Of a stretch of 64,000 nt of DNA, positions 19,439-28,568 are shown one piece after another. The DNA comes from Betaproteobacteria bacterium (GTDB lineage Bacteria; Pseudomonadota; Gammaproteobacteria; Burkholderiales; SG8-39): contig JBQTJX010000029.1 of the NCBI GenBank assembly GCA_052386675.1, forward strand, positions 66,958 through 130,957, given 5' to 3'. Both the position numbers and the translations under genes were made by a program. The notes beneath the pieces were generated by a model that saw nothing but the letters and a program-made list of their open reading frames with translations, did not search any database and had not been told where the DNA came from. Numbering within the stretch: position 1 is the first letter of the stretch; the number at the start of each line of letters is the position of its first letter.

Positions 19439-20212
19439 TCAGGTGTTGAACTTCGCGCGCAAAGCTTCGGCACCGCGCGCGAGCAGGCCCACGTCCGCGC
19501 CCACCGCGCAGAAATTGCAGCCCGCGGCGATCATGCGCCGGGCATCGGCCTCTACCGGCGACAGGTAGCCCGCCGCCTTGCCTGACTTGCGGATCCGGCG
19601 CATCGCCTCCTCGATCAGCGGCAGCACCGCCGGATTGGACGTCTCTCCGGTATGGCCCATCGACGCGTGCAGGTCGGCTGGCCCGATGAACACGCCGTCC
19701 ACGCCGTCCACCGCGCAGATGGCCTCGAGCTGGTCGAGCGCCGGCTTGGTCTCCACCTGCACCAGCACGCACAGTTCCTCGTGCGCGCGCTTCGCATAGT
19801 CCTTGACGCGACCGAAGCGCGAGGCGCGCGTGGTGCCGGCCACGCCGCGCACGCCCGCGGGCGGATAGCGCGTGGCCGCGACCGCGGCTTTCGCCTCCTC
19901 CACGGTGCACACATAGGGAATGAGCAGCGACTGCGCGCCAGCGTCCAGCACGCGCTTGATGTGCACCGTGTCGTTCCACGGCACCCGCACCACCGCCGAG
20001 GTCGGATAGGGCGCCGCCGCCTGGAGCTGGGTGAGCAGGCTCTCCAGGTCGTTGGGTGAATGCTCCTGGTCGAGCAGGATCCAGTCGTAGCCCGCCCCGG
20101 CGATGACCTCCACCGAGTAGTTGGACGACAGGCTGGACCACAGCCCGATCTGCGAGCGCCCTTCCTTCAGCGCGCGCTTGAATGCGTTCTTTGGCAGCTC
20201 CATCGGCGTCAT
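19439..20212 (-). CDS. HpcH/HpaI family pyruvate aldolase
   Basis: DWILLDQEHSPN, VVRVPWND, RYPP.GVRG, QVET, FIGPADL. Confidence 0.92.
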   Translation of the reverse strand: MTPMELPKNAFKRALKEGRSQIGLWSSLSSNYSVEVIAGAGYDWILLDQEHSPNDLESLLTQLQAAAPYPTSAVVRVPWNDTVHIKRVLDAGAQSLLIPYVCTVEEAKAAVAATRYPPAGVRGVAGTTRASRFGRVKDYAKRAHEELCVLVQVETKPALDQLEAICAVDGVDGVFIGPADLHASMGHTGETSNPAVLPLIEEAMRRIRKSGKAAGYLSPVEADARRMIAAGCNFCAVGADVGLLARGAEALRAKFNT

Positions 20213-21192
20213 CAGTCGAACTTGGCGCCGGATTCCTTCACCAGCTTGGCCCACTTGGCCTGCTCGGACTGCATCCAGCTGCCGAGGGCCGCCGGCGTGC
20301 CGGTGCGCACGTCGGTGCCCAGCTTGGCGAAGCGCGCCTTCATGTCCGGCGCGTTGAGCACCTTGATCAATTCGGCGTTGAGCCTGGCTACCACCGCGGG
20401 CGGCGTGCCGGCGGCGCCGACGATGCCCTGGAAGGAACCGGTCTCGAAGCCGGGCAACCCCTGCTCGGCGATGGTTGGCGTTCCCGGTGCCGATGGCACG
20501 CGTTGCGCGCTGGAGATGCCCAGGGCGCGCATCCGGCCACCGGTGACCGAGGGCCAGGTGGCGAGCATGCCGTTGAACAGCACGTGCGCCTGGCCGCCCG
20601 CGACGGCGGTCACCGCGTCGGCGCCGCCCTTGTATGGAATGTAGGTCCAGTTCACGCCCATGCGCTGGGCGAACTCGATGCCCGCCAGTTGCGGCGCGCC
20701 GCCGATGCCGGAGACCGCGAAGTTCAGCTTGCCCGGGTGGGCCTTGGCCATCGCCACCAGTTCGGCGACGTTCTTCACCTGCACGTCCGGATGCACCGCG
20801 AGCACGTGGGGCGAGTAGGACACCATCACCACCGGCGAGAAGTCCTTGGACGGATTGAACGGCAGTTTCGGATAGACGCTCGCGCTGATGACCAGGCCGC
20901 CCAGATCCGTCAGCAGCAGGGTGTAGCCGTCGGGCGCGGACTTGGCGACGTAGTCGGCGCCGACATTCCCGTTGGCGCCCGGGCGGTTCTCGACCACCAC
21001 CGGCTGGCCCCAAGCCTCGGTGAGTTTCGGGCCGATCTGACGCGCGAGGATGTCGGAGGTGCCGCCCGCGGCGTAGGGCACCGTGATGCGGATCGGCTTG
21101 GTCGGGTACTGCTGGGCATGGACGGAGGGTGCGACGGATGCGGCGGCGAGGCTGGCCGCCAGCACGACGGCGGCGGCTGAGAAGCGTTTCAT
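20212..21192 (-). CDS. Bug/TctC tripartite tricarboxylate transporter substrate-binding protein
   Basis: YPTKPIRITVPYAAGGTSD, VENRPGANG, PDGYTL, IPYKG. Confidence 0.95.
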   Translation of the reverse strand: MKRFSAAAVVLAASLAAASVAPSVHAQQYPTKPIRITVPYAAGGTSDILARQIGPKLTEAWGQPVVVENRPGANGNVGADYVAKSAPDGYTLLLTDLGGLVISASVYPKLPFNPSKDFSPVVMVSYSPHVLAVHPDVQVKNVAELVAMAKAHPGKLNFAVSGIGGAPQLAGIEFAQRMGVNWTYIPYKGGADAVTAVAGGQAHVLFNGMLATWPSVTGGRMRALGISSAQRVPSAPGTPTIAEQGLPGFETGSFQGIVGAAGTPPAVVARLNAELIKVLNAPDMKARFAKLGTDVRTGTPAALGSWMQSEQAKWAKLVKESGAKFD

Positions 21193-21279
21193 TTTTTTGT
21201 CTCCCTTGGGTCGGCAAGTCGCCGAGCAGGGCATTGTAAACTTGCCCCTGCCAACGAGATACCCCGGAAGGAAAAATAA

Positions 21280-22362
21280 ATGAACCAGGCGGTTAACAGG
21301 AACATCAAGGCGGAGCCGCTTGCGCACGCCATCGAGGCGGTGGTCGCCGCCGGCGGCAGCGACGCGCGCGAGGCGAAAATCGTCGCCGCAAACCTGGTCA
21401 CCGCCAACCTCACCGGGCACGATTCCCACGGCGTGGGCATGATCCCGCGCTACGTCGACTCGCTGCTGGAGGGGGGGCTGAGGGTCAACCAGCATCCGAA
21501 GATCCAGTTCGATGGCGGCGCCATGGTGTCGCTGGACGGGCAGGCGGGCTACGGGCAGGTGATCGGGCTGGAGGCGATGGACATCGGCATCTCGCGTGCA
21601 AAGCAGCATGGCCTGTGCGTGATGGGGCTGGGGCGCGCACACCACCTTTGCCGCATCGGGCAGTGGGCCGAGCAGGCGGTGGCGGCGGGCCTGGTGTCGC
21701 TGCACTTCACCAACGTGATATCCCGGTCGATTGTCGCGCCCTACGGCGGCGCGGACGCGCGCTTCGGCACCAACCCCGTCACCATCGGCATCCCGATCCC
21801 GAACGAGCCGCCGTTCATCCTCGACATGGCCACCAGCGCGGTGGCGCAGGGCAAGATCCGCGTCGCGCACAACAAGCGCGAGAAGGTTTCGGCCGACTGG
21901 CTCATCGACAACCAGGGCAATCCGACGCCGGATCCGAAGTTCGGCGTCATCGAGCCGTTTGGCGCGTTGCGCACCTTCGGCCTGCACAAGGGCTACGGCC
22001 TGGCGGTGGTGTGCGAGCTGCTGGGCGGCGCGCTCACCGGCGGCGGCACCTGGCATTCGGAGGACCGCTCGAAGAAGCGCGTGTGGAACGGCATGCTCAC
22101 CATCCTCATCGACCCGCGGCGGCTGGGTACCGGGGACGTGTTCGCGCAGGAGACGACCGCGTTCCTGGAATCGTTGCGCAAGTCGCCGCCGGCGCCCGGA
22201 TTCGACAAGGTGCGGATCGCCGGCGAGCCCGAGCGCGAGACGCGCGCGAAGCGCGAGAAGGACGGCATCGCGGTGGATGCGAACACCTGGGAGGAAATCG
22301 TGGCGGCGGGGGCGAAGCTGAAGGTGGCGCGCGAGACGCTGGAGAAACTGGTCCGGGGTTGA
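21280..22362 (+). CDS. Ldh_2 family malate/lactate/ureidoglycolate dehydrogenase (YbiC/HcxB-like)
   Basis: GHDSHG, HH..RIG, GTNP, LDMATS, HKGYGL. Confidence 0.9.
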   Translation: MNQAVNRNIKAEPLAHAIEAVVAAGGSDAREAKIVAANLVTANLTGHDSHGVGMIPRYVDSLLEGGLRVNQHPKIQFDGGAMVSLDGQAGYGQVIGLEAMDIGISRAKQHGLCVMGLGRAHHLCRIGQWAEQAVAAGLVSLHFTNVISRSIVAPYGGADARFGTNPVTIGIPIPNEPPFILDMATSAVAQGKIRVAHNKREKVSADWLIDNQGNPTPDPKFGVIEPFGALRTFGLHKGYGLAVVCELLGGALTGGGTWHSEDRSKKRVWNGMLTILIDPRRLGTGDVFAQETTAFLESLRKSPPAPGFDKVRIAGEPERETRAKREKDGIAVDANTWEEIVAAGAKLKVARETLEKLVRG

Positions 22363-22428
22363 CCCTTGCAACGGTGTCCGGGCGGCCCCATATTGGCTGC
22401 ATCGGACCGGTGTCCGGGAGACCACGCC

Positions 22429-23025
22429 ATGCGCAGACTGTTCCTCGCCGTCGTTGCCGTCCTCACGCTCTCCAGCTGCGGCTACAACGACTTCCAGCGG
22501 CTCGACGAAGGCGTCAAGGCCGCATGGTCCGAGGTGATCAACAACTACCAGCGCCGCGCCGACCTGATCCCGAACCTGGTGGCCACGGTGCAGGGCGCGG
22601 CCGATTTCGAGAAGAGCACGCTGGTGGAACTCACCAACGCGCGCGCCTCGGTCAGTTCCATCAAGGCGACCCCCGAACTGGTCAATGATCCGGACGCCTT
22701 CGCGAAATTCCAGGCTGCGCAGTCGCAGATGACCAGCGCGCTGTCGCGCCTGCTGGCGGTGGCGGAGAATTATCCGACGCTCACGGCGACCAGGGAATTC
22801 GGCGAGTTGCGCGCGGAACTGGCCGGCGCCGAGAACCGCATCACCGTGGCGCGCGGCCGCTACATCAAGGCGGTGGAGGCCTACAACGTGCTTGCGCGCC
22901 AGTTCCCGAGCAACCTGACGGCGATGGTGTTCGGCTACCAGGCCAAGGCCAACTTCACGGTCGAGAACGAGAAGGCCATCGCGGCGCCGCCGAAGGTGGA
23001 TTTCTCCAAGCCTGCGGCGAAGTAG
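22429..23025 (+). CDS. lemA: LemA family protein
   Basis: CGYN, WSEV..YQRRADLIPNLV, ENYP.L, ENRITVAR. Confidence 0.92.
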   Translation: MRRLFLAVVAVLTLSSCGYNDFQRLDEGVKAAWSEVINNYQRRADLIPNLVATVQGAADFEKSTLVELTNARASVSSIKATPELVNDPDAFAKFQAAQSQMTSALSRLLAVAENYPTLTATREFGELRAELAGAENRITVARGRYIKAVEAYNVLARQFPSNLTAMVFGYQAKANFTVENEKAIAAPPKVDFSKPAAK

Positions 23026-23035
23026 AACAAGGCCC

Positions 23036-23872
23036 ATGCGTTTCCTGCTCGCGGCGTGCCTCGCGCTGGCGGGCCTCCTCGGCGCGGCGCGTGCCGATGT
23101 GGCGATCCCGCCGCTCGCGGCGCGCGTCACCGACCTCACCGGCACGCTGAGCGCGCAGCAAAAGAGCGAGCTGGAATCGCGCCTCGCCGCGTTCGAGGCC
23201 AAGCGCGGCAGCCAGATCGCGGTGCTGTTGCTCCCCACCACGAAGCCCGAGGAGATCGAGCAGTTTTCCATTCGCCTCGCGGAAGCCTGGAAGGTGGGCA
23301 GGAAGGGCGTGGACGACGGTGTCGTCGTGGTGGTTGCCAAGGACGACCGGCGCGTGCGCATCGAGGTGGGCTACGGCCTGGAAGGCGTGATCCCGGACGC
23401 GGTGGCAAAGCGCGTCATCGAGGAGCGCATCACGCCGCGCTTCCGGGAAGGCGATTACTTCGGCGGTATCCGGGACGGCGTGGACCAGCTGGTGCGGCTG
23501 GCCGAGGGCGAGAAGCTGCCGGCGCCCGCCGCGCGTGCGTCGCCTCGCGAATCCGATCCCGTCGCCAGCCTGTTCGACTATGCCGTCCCGGCGCTCTTCT
23601 TCATCGTCATCGCGGGCGGCGTGCTCAAGCTGGTGCTGGGCCGGTTCCTGGGCTCGGTCGCCACCGGGGCGCTGCTGGGCCTGGCCGCTTTCCTGTTGTT
23701 CAACATGATCGCCGCCGCCGTCGCCGCGGTGATGGGGTTCCTGTTCACCTTCGCCAACACCGGCGCCGGGCGCGGCGGCGGCTGGTCGAGCAGCGGCGGT
23801 TCGTCCTCCTCCGGCAGTTTCGGCGGGGGAGGCGGCAGTTTCGGGGGCGGCGGCGCTTCGGGGCGCTGGTAG
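23036..23872 (+). CDS. TPM-domain protein (YgcG family) with Gly-rich tail
   Basis: RVTDLTGTL, WKVGRKG.DDG, IEVGYGLEG, GGGGSFGGGGASGRW. Confidence 0.9.
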   Translation: MRFLLAACLALAGLLGAARADVAIPPLAARVTDLTGTLSAQQKSELESRLAAFEAKRGSQIAVLLLPTTKPEEIEQFSIRLAEAWKVGRKGVDDGVVVVVAKDDRRVRIEVGYGLEGVIPDAVAKRVIEERITPRFREGDYFGGIRDGVDQLVRLAEGEKLPAPAARASPRESDPVASLFDYAVPALFFIVIAGGVLKLVLGRFLGSVATGALLGLAAFLLFNMIAAAVAAVMGFLFTFANTGAGRGGGWSSSGGSSSSGSFGGGGGSFGGGGASGRW

Positions 23873-23876
23873 CGGG

Positions 23877-24368
23877 ATGCGCTGGATCCGCCACCTGTTC
23901 CTGGACGAACTCGCGCTCCGGCGGGCATTCCCCGCCCCGGTGCTGGGGGCGATCGCGAGCGCGGTCGCCGGGCAGGAGAAGCGCCATCGCGGGGAACTGC
24001 GCGTCGTGATCGAAGGCGGCCTTCCCATCCTGGCGCTCGCCCTCGGGCGGACGGCGCACGAGCGTGCGCTTGAGCAGTTCGCGCGCCTGCGCGTCTGGGA
24101 CACCGAAGACAACGCCGGCGTGCTGGTCTACCTGCTGCTCGCAGACCACCGGGTGGAAATCGTGGCCGACCGCGGCATCCACGCCCGCGTCGGCGCGGCC
24201 GCCTGGGAGACCATCTGCGGCGCCATGCAGCGCGAGTTCGCCGCCGGGCGCTACGAGGAGGGCATGCGCAGCGGCCTGTCGTCCATCAGCGACCTTCTGG
24301 CGCGGCATTTTCCCGCCGGTGCGGGCGAGAATCCAAACGAACTCCCCGACGCGCCGGTTGCCGTCTAG
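23877..24368 (+). CDS. TPM-domain protein (DUF477-like)
   Basis: E..HRGELRV, VWDTEDNAGVLVY, IVADRGI, NPNELPD. Confidence 0.88.
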   Translation: MRWIRHLFLDELALRRAFPAPVLGAIASAVAGQEKRHRGELRVVIEGGLPILALALGRTAHERALEQFARLRVWDTEDNAGVLVYLLLADHRVEIVADRGIHARVGAAAWETICGAMQREFAAGRYEEGMRSGLSSISDLLARHFPAGAGENPNELPDAPVAV

Positions 24369-24434
24369 CGCTTGAGCCCGCGCCATCCACGCATTCCGCT
24401 TGCCGCAAGGAATGCGGGCTATGCTGCGTGCTGC

Positions 24435-25001
24435 ATGGTGCTGCGACCGCTTCTGCTGCTGTTGTTCGCTTCGGCCGCGGGTGCGGCCGAGGATCTGGCC
24501 GTGGAGGCGACCCGCCGTGACGATGCCGTCGAGGTCCGCGCGCACGCGCTGGTCGAGGCCTCATGGGATACAGTCTGGGGAACGCTTACGGACTACAATC
24601 GCCTTGCCAGCTTCATTCCCGGGATGCGCAGCAGCCGCGTGATCGAGCAGCGCGGCAATGCGGCGACGGTGGAGCAGGTGGGCGAGGCGCGGTTCCTGTT
24701 CTTCAGCTTTCCGATCGAGGTTACGGTGGTGTCCACGGCCCGGCCGCCGGACACGATCGACATTCGTGTCCTGAAGGGCAGTTTCCGGCGTCTCGACGGC
24801 GGGTATCGCCTCCGGCAGGCAGGCGGCGGAAAGATCGCGCTCGGCTGGGTGGGATTGATCGAGCCGGATTTCCCGCTGCCGCCGCTGCTCGGCGAAGTGG
24901 TACTGCGCGCGAACATCGAGGACCAGTTTCTCGGCATGGTGCGCGAAATCGAGCGCCGCGAAGCGCTGCGGCGGGAACTGAAAAAGGAAACGGCAAATTG
25001 A
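24435..25001 (+). CDS. SRPBCC/START (polyketide cyclase) family protein with putative signal peptide
   Basis: VW..LTDY..LASFIPGM..SRV, VEQVG, GSFRRLDG; N-terminal LLLLLFASAAGA. Confidence 0.8.
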   Translation: MVLRPLLLLLFASAAGAAEDLAVEATRRDDAVEVRAHALVEASWDTVWGTLTDYNRLASFIPGMRSSRVIEQRGNAATVEQVGEARFLFFSFPIEVTVVSTARPPDTIDIRVLKGSFRRLDGGYRLRQAGGGKIALGWVGLIEPDFPLPPLLGEVVLRANIEDQFLGMVREIERREALRRELKKETAN

Positions 25002-25699
25002 CCCCGGAGTTTGAAGTGCTCGTCAGTGAATCGGTCGTGGTGCCGGCCTACCTTGCCAAGACCTACTGGTGGGCCTATGTGCATCCGGCGGCGGTCCGGC
25101 TGTTCGAGCGGCAGTGGCTGGTGAACCTCATCCTGTGGGGTAACTTCAGCCGCTTGCGGGACGCCGCGCTGCAGCGGATGGGGCCGGTGCTGGATGGGCG
25201 CACGCTGCAGGTGGCCTGCGTGTACGGCGACCTGACGCAGCGCCTCGCGGCGCGCCTGGCGCCCGGCGCCACGCTGGATGTCGTTGACGTGCTGCCGATC
25301 CAGCTGTCGAACCTGGCGCGCAAGCTGCCGCAAGGCGCGCCGGTCAGCCTGGTCCATGGCGACTCGACGCGGCTGCCGGCTGCGGACGCGAGCTACGACA
25401 GGGTGCTGGTGTTCTTCCTGCTGCACGAGCAGCCCGAAGAGGTGCGCAGGGAGACGCTGGCCGAAGCGCTACGAGTGCTCAAGCCCGATGGTCGCCTGGT
25501 GGTGGTGGATTACCACCGCCCGCACCGGATCCATCCGCTGCGCCACTTCATGCGCCTGCTGCTCGCGCGCCTGGAGCCCTTTGCGCTGGACCTGTGGCGC
25601 AACGGGCTGGAATCCTGGATGCCCGAGCCTGCTGCCCTGCGGATCCGAAAGCGCCTCTATTACGGAGGGCTTTACCAGTTGCTCGAGGTCTCGCGTTGA
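24998..25699 (+). CDS. rquA: Rhodoquinone biosynthesis protein RquA (methyltransferase-like)
   Basis: YL..TYWWAY, FERQWLVNLILWGN, atypical SAM motif LQVACVYG, VDVLPIQL, FFLLHEQP, LEPFA; TTG start after aagga. Confidence 0.88.
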   Translation: MTPEFEVLVSESVVVPAYLAKTYWWAYVHPAAVRLFERQWLVNLILWGNFSRLRDAALQRMGPVLDGRTLQVACVYGDLTQRLAARLAPGATLDVVDVLPIQLSNLARKLPQGAPVSLVHGDSTRLPAADASYDRVLVFFLLHEQPEEVRRETLAEALRVLKPDGRLVVVDYHRPHRIHPLRHFMRLLLARLEPFALDLWRNGLESWMPEPAALRIRKRLYYGGLYQLLEVSR

Positions 25700-27168
25700 G
25701 GCGACTGGCCCTCGCGGTCGGTGCGCTGCTGGCGGCGGGCTGCGCGACAGTGGAGCACTCGCCAAGCGGGCATCTCGGCTCGGGCGAGCAGGCCCTGCGG
25801 GATTGCGCCGCGTTCTACCGTGACCTCGACGAGCGCATCGACGCTGCCGGGGTGCGCGATGCCCAGGACGCGCGCCTGCCGGGCTTCCCCTACCTCCGCG
25901 CGAGCAGGCTGCTGTCCTCCTATCGCGATGAAGCTGCGCAGGATGCCGGCGTTCTGCGCGCGCTTGTCGCACGCATGGCAGCCCTGGACCTCGCCGCACG
26001 CCGGCGCGAACTCGCGAACCTTCCTGGGGGCGGGCCGGCCGGCGCGCTGGAGCGCGCCGTGGCATGCGGGGCGACGCTGCGCGCCGCTGACCTCGCAGAT
26101 GCGCGCGCCGCGGCTTCAATACAGGCGAGCGCGGTGGTGCCGGACGACTATTCCTCCGCGAGCCGCGTGCTCGGCCTGTACCTGCTCACCCGGTATCCAT
26201 TCGGCGCCGGCGTGCGCCGGCACCTGGACGAAGTGCGCGCCGCCTATGCGAGGGACCTGCCGGTTCCTCCCGGAATCGTCCTGGAACGCCATGCGCCGCC
26301 GGCAGTGGCATTGCCGCGGGCTGCCGCGGCGTCGATCCTCGCCCGCGCCGCGGAGAATCCGCTGCGGCTCCCGGAACTGCGCGCCGATGATCTGGAGGCC
26401 TTGTTCGCGGCGCATGCGCCGGCGTACGAAGTGGAGGTTTCCGGCGCTGCCGACCGCTTCGGCGCCCTGCGATGGGAGGCCGGGGCAGGCGTCCCGTCGG
26501 TTGCCTCCGCCGAGCCCGTCGTCTACCGTCAGGCCGCCTGGACCCGCTATCGCGGGCGTGCGCTGCTGCAGCTGGTGTACACCGTCTGGTTCCCGGAGCG
26601 GCCGGCGGACTCGCCCTCGGACCTCCTCGCCGGCAAGCTCGACGGCCTGACCTGGCGCGTCACGCTTGCCCCGGACGGCGAGCCGGTGCTCTACGACACC
26701 ATGCATCCCTGCGGTTGCTATCACATGTTCTTCCCGACGCCGCGAGCGAAGCCGGTGCCGCCGGCCGAGGACGGGACGCCCGAGGCGCTGGAATGGATGT
26801 TCTCGCCGCAGGCGCTGCCGCCGGTTGCCTGGGACGAGCGCATTGTGCTGCGCGTCGCCGCGCGCACGCACTACCTGGAGCGGGTGACGCCGGCGCGGGC
26901 GCTGCCCGGCGCGCGCCGCTACGCTTTCCGGGACTACGATGAGTTGCGCTCGCTGCCGCGGCCCGAAGGCGGCAGTGCAAGCGTATTCGGGCCCGACGGC
27001 CTGATCGCAGGAACCGAGCGCGCGGAGCGGTTGCTGTTCTGGCCCATGGGAATTCCCTCGGCGGGTGCGATGCGCCAGTGGGGCCGGCACGCCACTGCAT
27101 TCGCCGGCCGCCGTCACTTCGACGACGCCGACCTGCTGGAGAAGCGCTTCACGCTCGACCTGCGTTGA
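25696..27168 (+). CDS. Hypothetical 490-aa lipoprotein
   Basis: TTG overlapping the rquA stop, lipobox LAAGC; motifs YTVWFPERP, HPCGCYH, MRQWGRHATAF. Confidence 0.78.
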   Translation: MRRLALAVGALLAAGCATVEHSPSGHLGSGEQALRDCAAFYRDLDERIDAAGVRDAQDARLPGFPYLRASRLLSSYRDEAAQDAGVLRALVARMAALDLAARRRELANLPGGGPAGALERAVACGATLRAADLADARAAASIQASAVVPDDYSSASRVLGLYLLTRYPFGAGVRRHLDEVRAAYARDLPVPPGIVLERHAPPAVALPRAAAASILARAAENPLRLPELRADDLEALFAAHAPAYEVEVSGAADRFGALRWEAGAGVPSVASAEPVVYRQAAWTRYRGRALLQLVYTVWFPERPADSPSDLLAGKLDGLTWRVTLAPDGEPVLYDTMHPCGCYHMFFPTPRAKPVPPAEDGTPEALEWMFSPQALPPVAWDERIVLRVAARTHYLERVTPARALPGARRYAFRDYDELRSLPRPEGGSASVFGPDGLIAGTERAERLLFWPMGIPSAGAMRQWGRHATAFAGRRHFDDADLLEKRFTLDLR

Positions 27169-28183
27169 CCCCGGGCACGCGCGGATTCATCACCGCGAAC
27201 CACAGCGGCGGCACCAGCGCGAGCGGTACCATCGCCGGATAGCCGGCAGGCAGCTTCGGGCTCTCGGCCTGCGGCTGCAGCGCGGCATAGGACCTCCCGG
27301 GATTCAGGTGGTGGTCGGCATGGCGTTGCAGGTGAACGAGGAAACAGTTGCTGAGCCGCTCGTAGGCGTCCCAGGCGTGCGCCGCGGTCGGGCGCTCGTA
27401 GCGGCCGTCGGGCAGTTTTTTCCTCTGCAGGCCATAGTGCTCGATGTAGTTCACCGCTTCCAGCTGCAGGACCGCGACCGCGCTCTGGCCGAAGAAGAAC
27501 GCCACCGCCCAGGGCCCGAACGCGAGGCCCAGCGTCACCGCGATGGCGAGCGTGGCCGCCCAGGGTCGCAGCACCTCCGCGCGCTCCAGTTGCCAGGCGT
27601 GCGCGAGCGAGCCGAAGAGGGTGCGCGGCAGGAAGCGCCAGAAGCCCTCGCCAAAGCGCGCGCTCGCCGGATCCTCTGGCGTCGCGACGCGCGCGTGGTG
27701 GCCGCGGTTGTGCTCCACGGTGAAGTGGCCGTAGCTGACGCTGACCAGCAGCAGGCGCGACAGGAAGCGGTCCAGCTTCGGCAGCTTGTGCCCGAGCTCG
27801 TGCGCAATGGTGATGCCGGCGCCGCCGGAGGCGAGGCCCACCGAGGCGGAGAAGAGGATTGCGTCACCCGTGCCGAGCGCGCCGGAGCCGACCAGCCATG
27901 CGCCCCAGGCGATCAGTCCCAGCTGCAGCGGCACCCAGGCGTGCAGCACGAAGCGGAAGAAGGGGCCGTGCTTCAGGCGTTCTAGTTCCGCCGGCGTGGC
28001 GGGCGCCGCGTCGCGCCCGAACGCCATGTCCAGCAGCGGCACCAGGATGAAGAACACCGCGAACGCATACCAGTACTGGCCGATGGCGTGCCCGATGACC
28101 GGCGCGCCTGCGACGGTGAGCGCGAGCAGGAAGCGCGCGTCGCGCAGGGCAAAGCCCTGCGCGGGTTCAGGAGGCGAGGACAT
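27149..28183 (-). CDS. alkB: Alkane 1-monooxygenase (membrane di-iron hydroxylase)
   Basis: HELGH, EHNRGHH, NYIEHYG, LQRHADHH histidine boxes. Confidence 0.9.
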   Translation of the reverse strand: MSSPPEPAQGFALRDARFLLALTVAGAPVIGHAIGQYWYAFAVFFILVPLLDMAFGRDAAPATPAELERLKHGPFFRFVLHAWVPLQLGLIAWGAWLVGSGALGTGDAILFSASVGLASGGAGITIAHELGHKLPKLDRFLSRLLLVSVSYGHFTVEHNRGHHARVATPEDPASARFGEGFWRFLPRTLFGSLAHAWQLERAEVLRPWAATLAIAVTLGLAFGPWAVAFFFGQSAVAVLQLEAVNYIEHYGLQRKKLPDGRYERPTAAHAWDAYERLSNCFLVHLQRHADHHLNPGRSYAALQPQAESPKLPAGYPAMVPLALVPPLWFAVMNPRVPGVNAGRA

Positions 28184-28463
28184 CCTGCCAGGCCGGTGTG
28201 CGCGCCAGGACCGCGCGCACGTAGCTGCAGCGCGGCACCAGCTTCACATTCTCGGCGCGCGCCCAGAGGACGACGGCTTCCACCAGCTGCTTCGCGGCGC
28301 CCGAACCGCGCAGCGAATCGTCCACCTCGGTGTGGTTCACCGCGACCACGCCGGGGCCGCGCGAGGTGTAGAGCAGCTCGCCGACGCGGCGGCCGTCGCG
28401 CTCGATGACGAAGGCGCCGTGGTCGCCGGCGCGACGATGTTCGATGGGTATCGACCTCTCCAT
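28167..28463 (-). CDS. Small GNAT N-acetyltransferase (YjdJ-like)
   Basis: HTEVDDSLRGSG.A, P.CSYV. Confidence 0.85.
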   Translation of the reverse strand: MERSIPIEHRRAGDHGAFVIERDGRRVGELLYTSRGPGVVAVNHTEVDDSLRGSGAAKQLVEAVVLWARAENVKLVPRCSYVRAVLARTPAWQDVLAS

Positions 28464-28568
28464 GATGCCAGTCTAAATGCTTACGGAAACATTCCGGAAA
28501 CGCGCGCGACATCCGCCGGCAACTCCGGCCCCCCATAGTGGCACCTCCATTCAACGAGGAGGTTTGCC

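Noticed and set aside
23760-23872. Low-complexity GGC repeats
   Set aside because: Gly/Ser-rich tail typical of TPM/YgcG proteins.
22429-24368. lemA-TPM-TPM cassette as a novel system
   Set aside because: Widespread, well-known gene arrangement; no evidence here of a link to rquA beyond strand and proximity.
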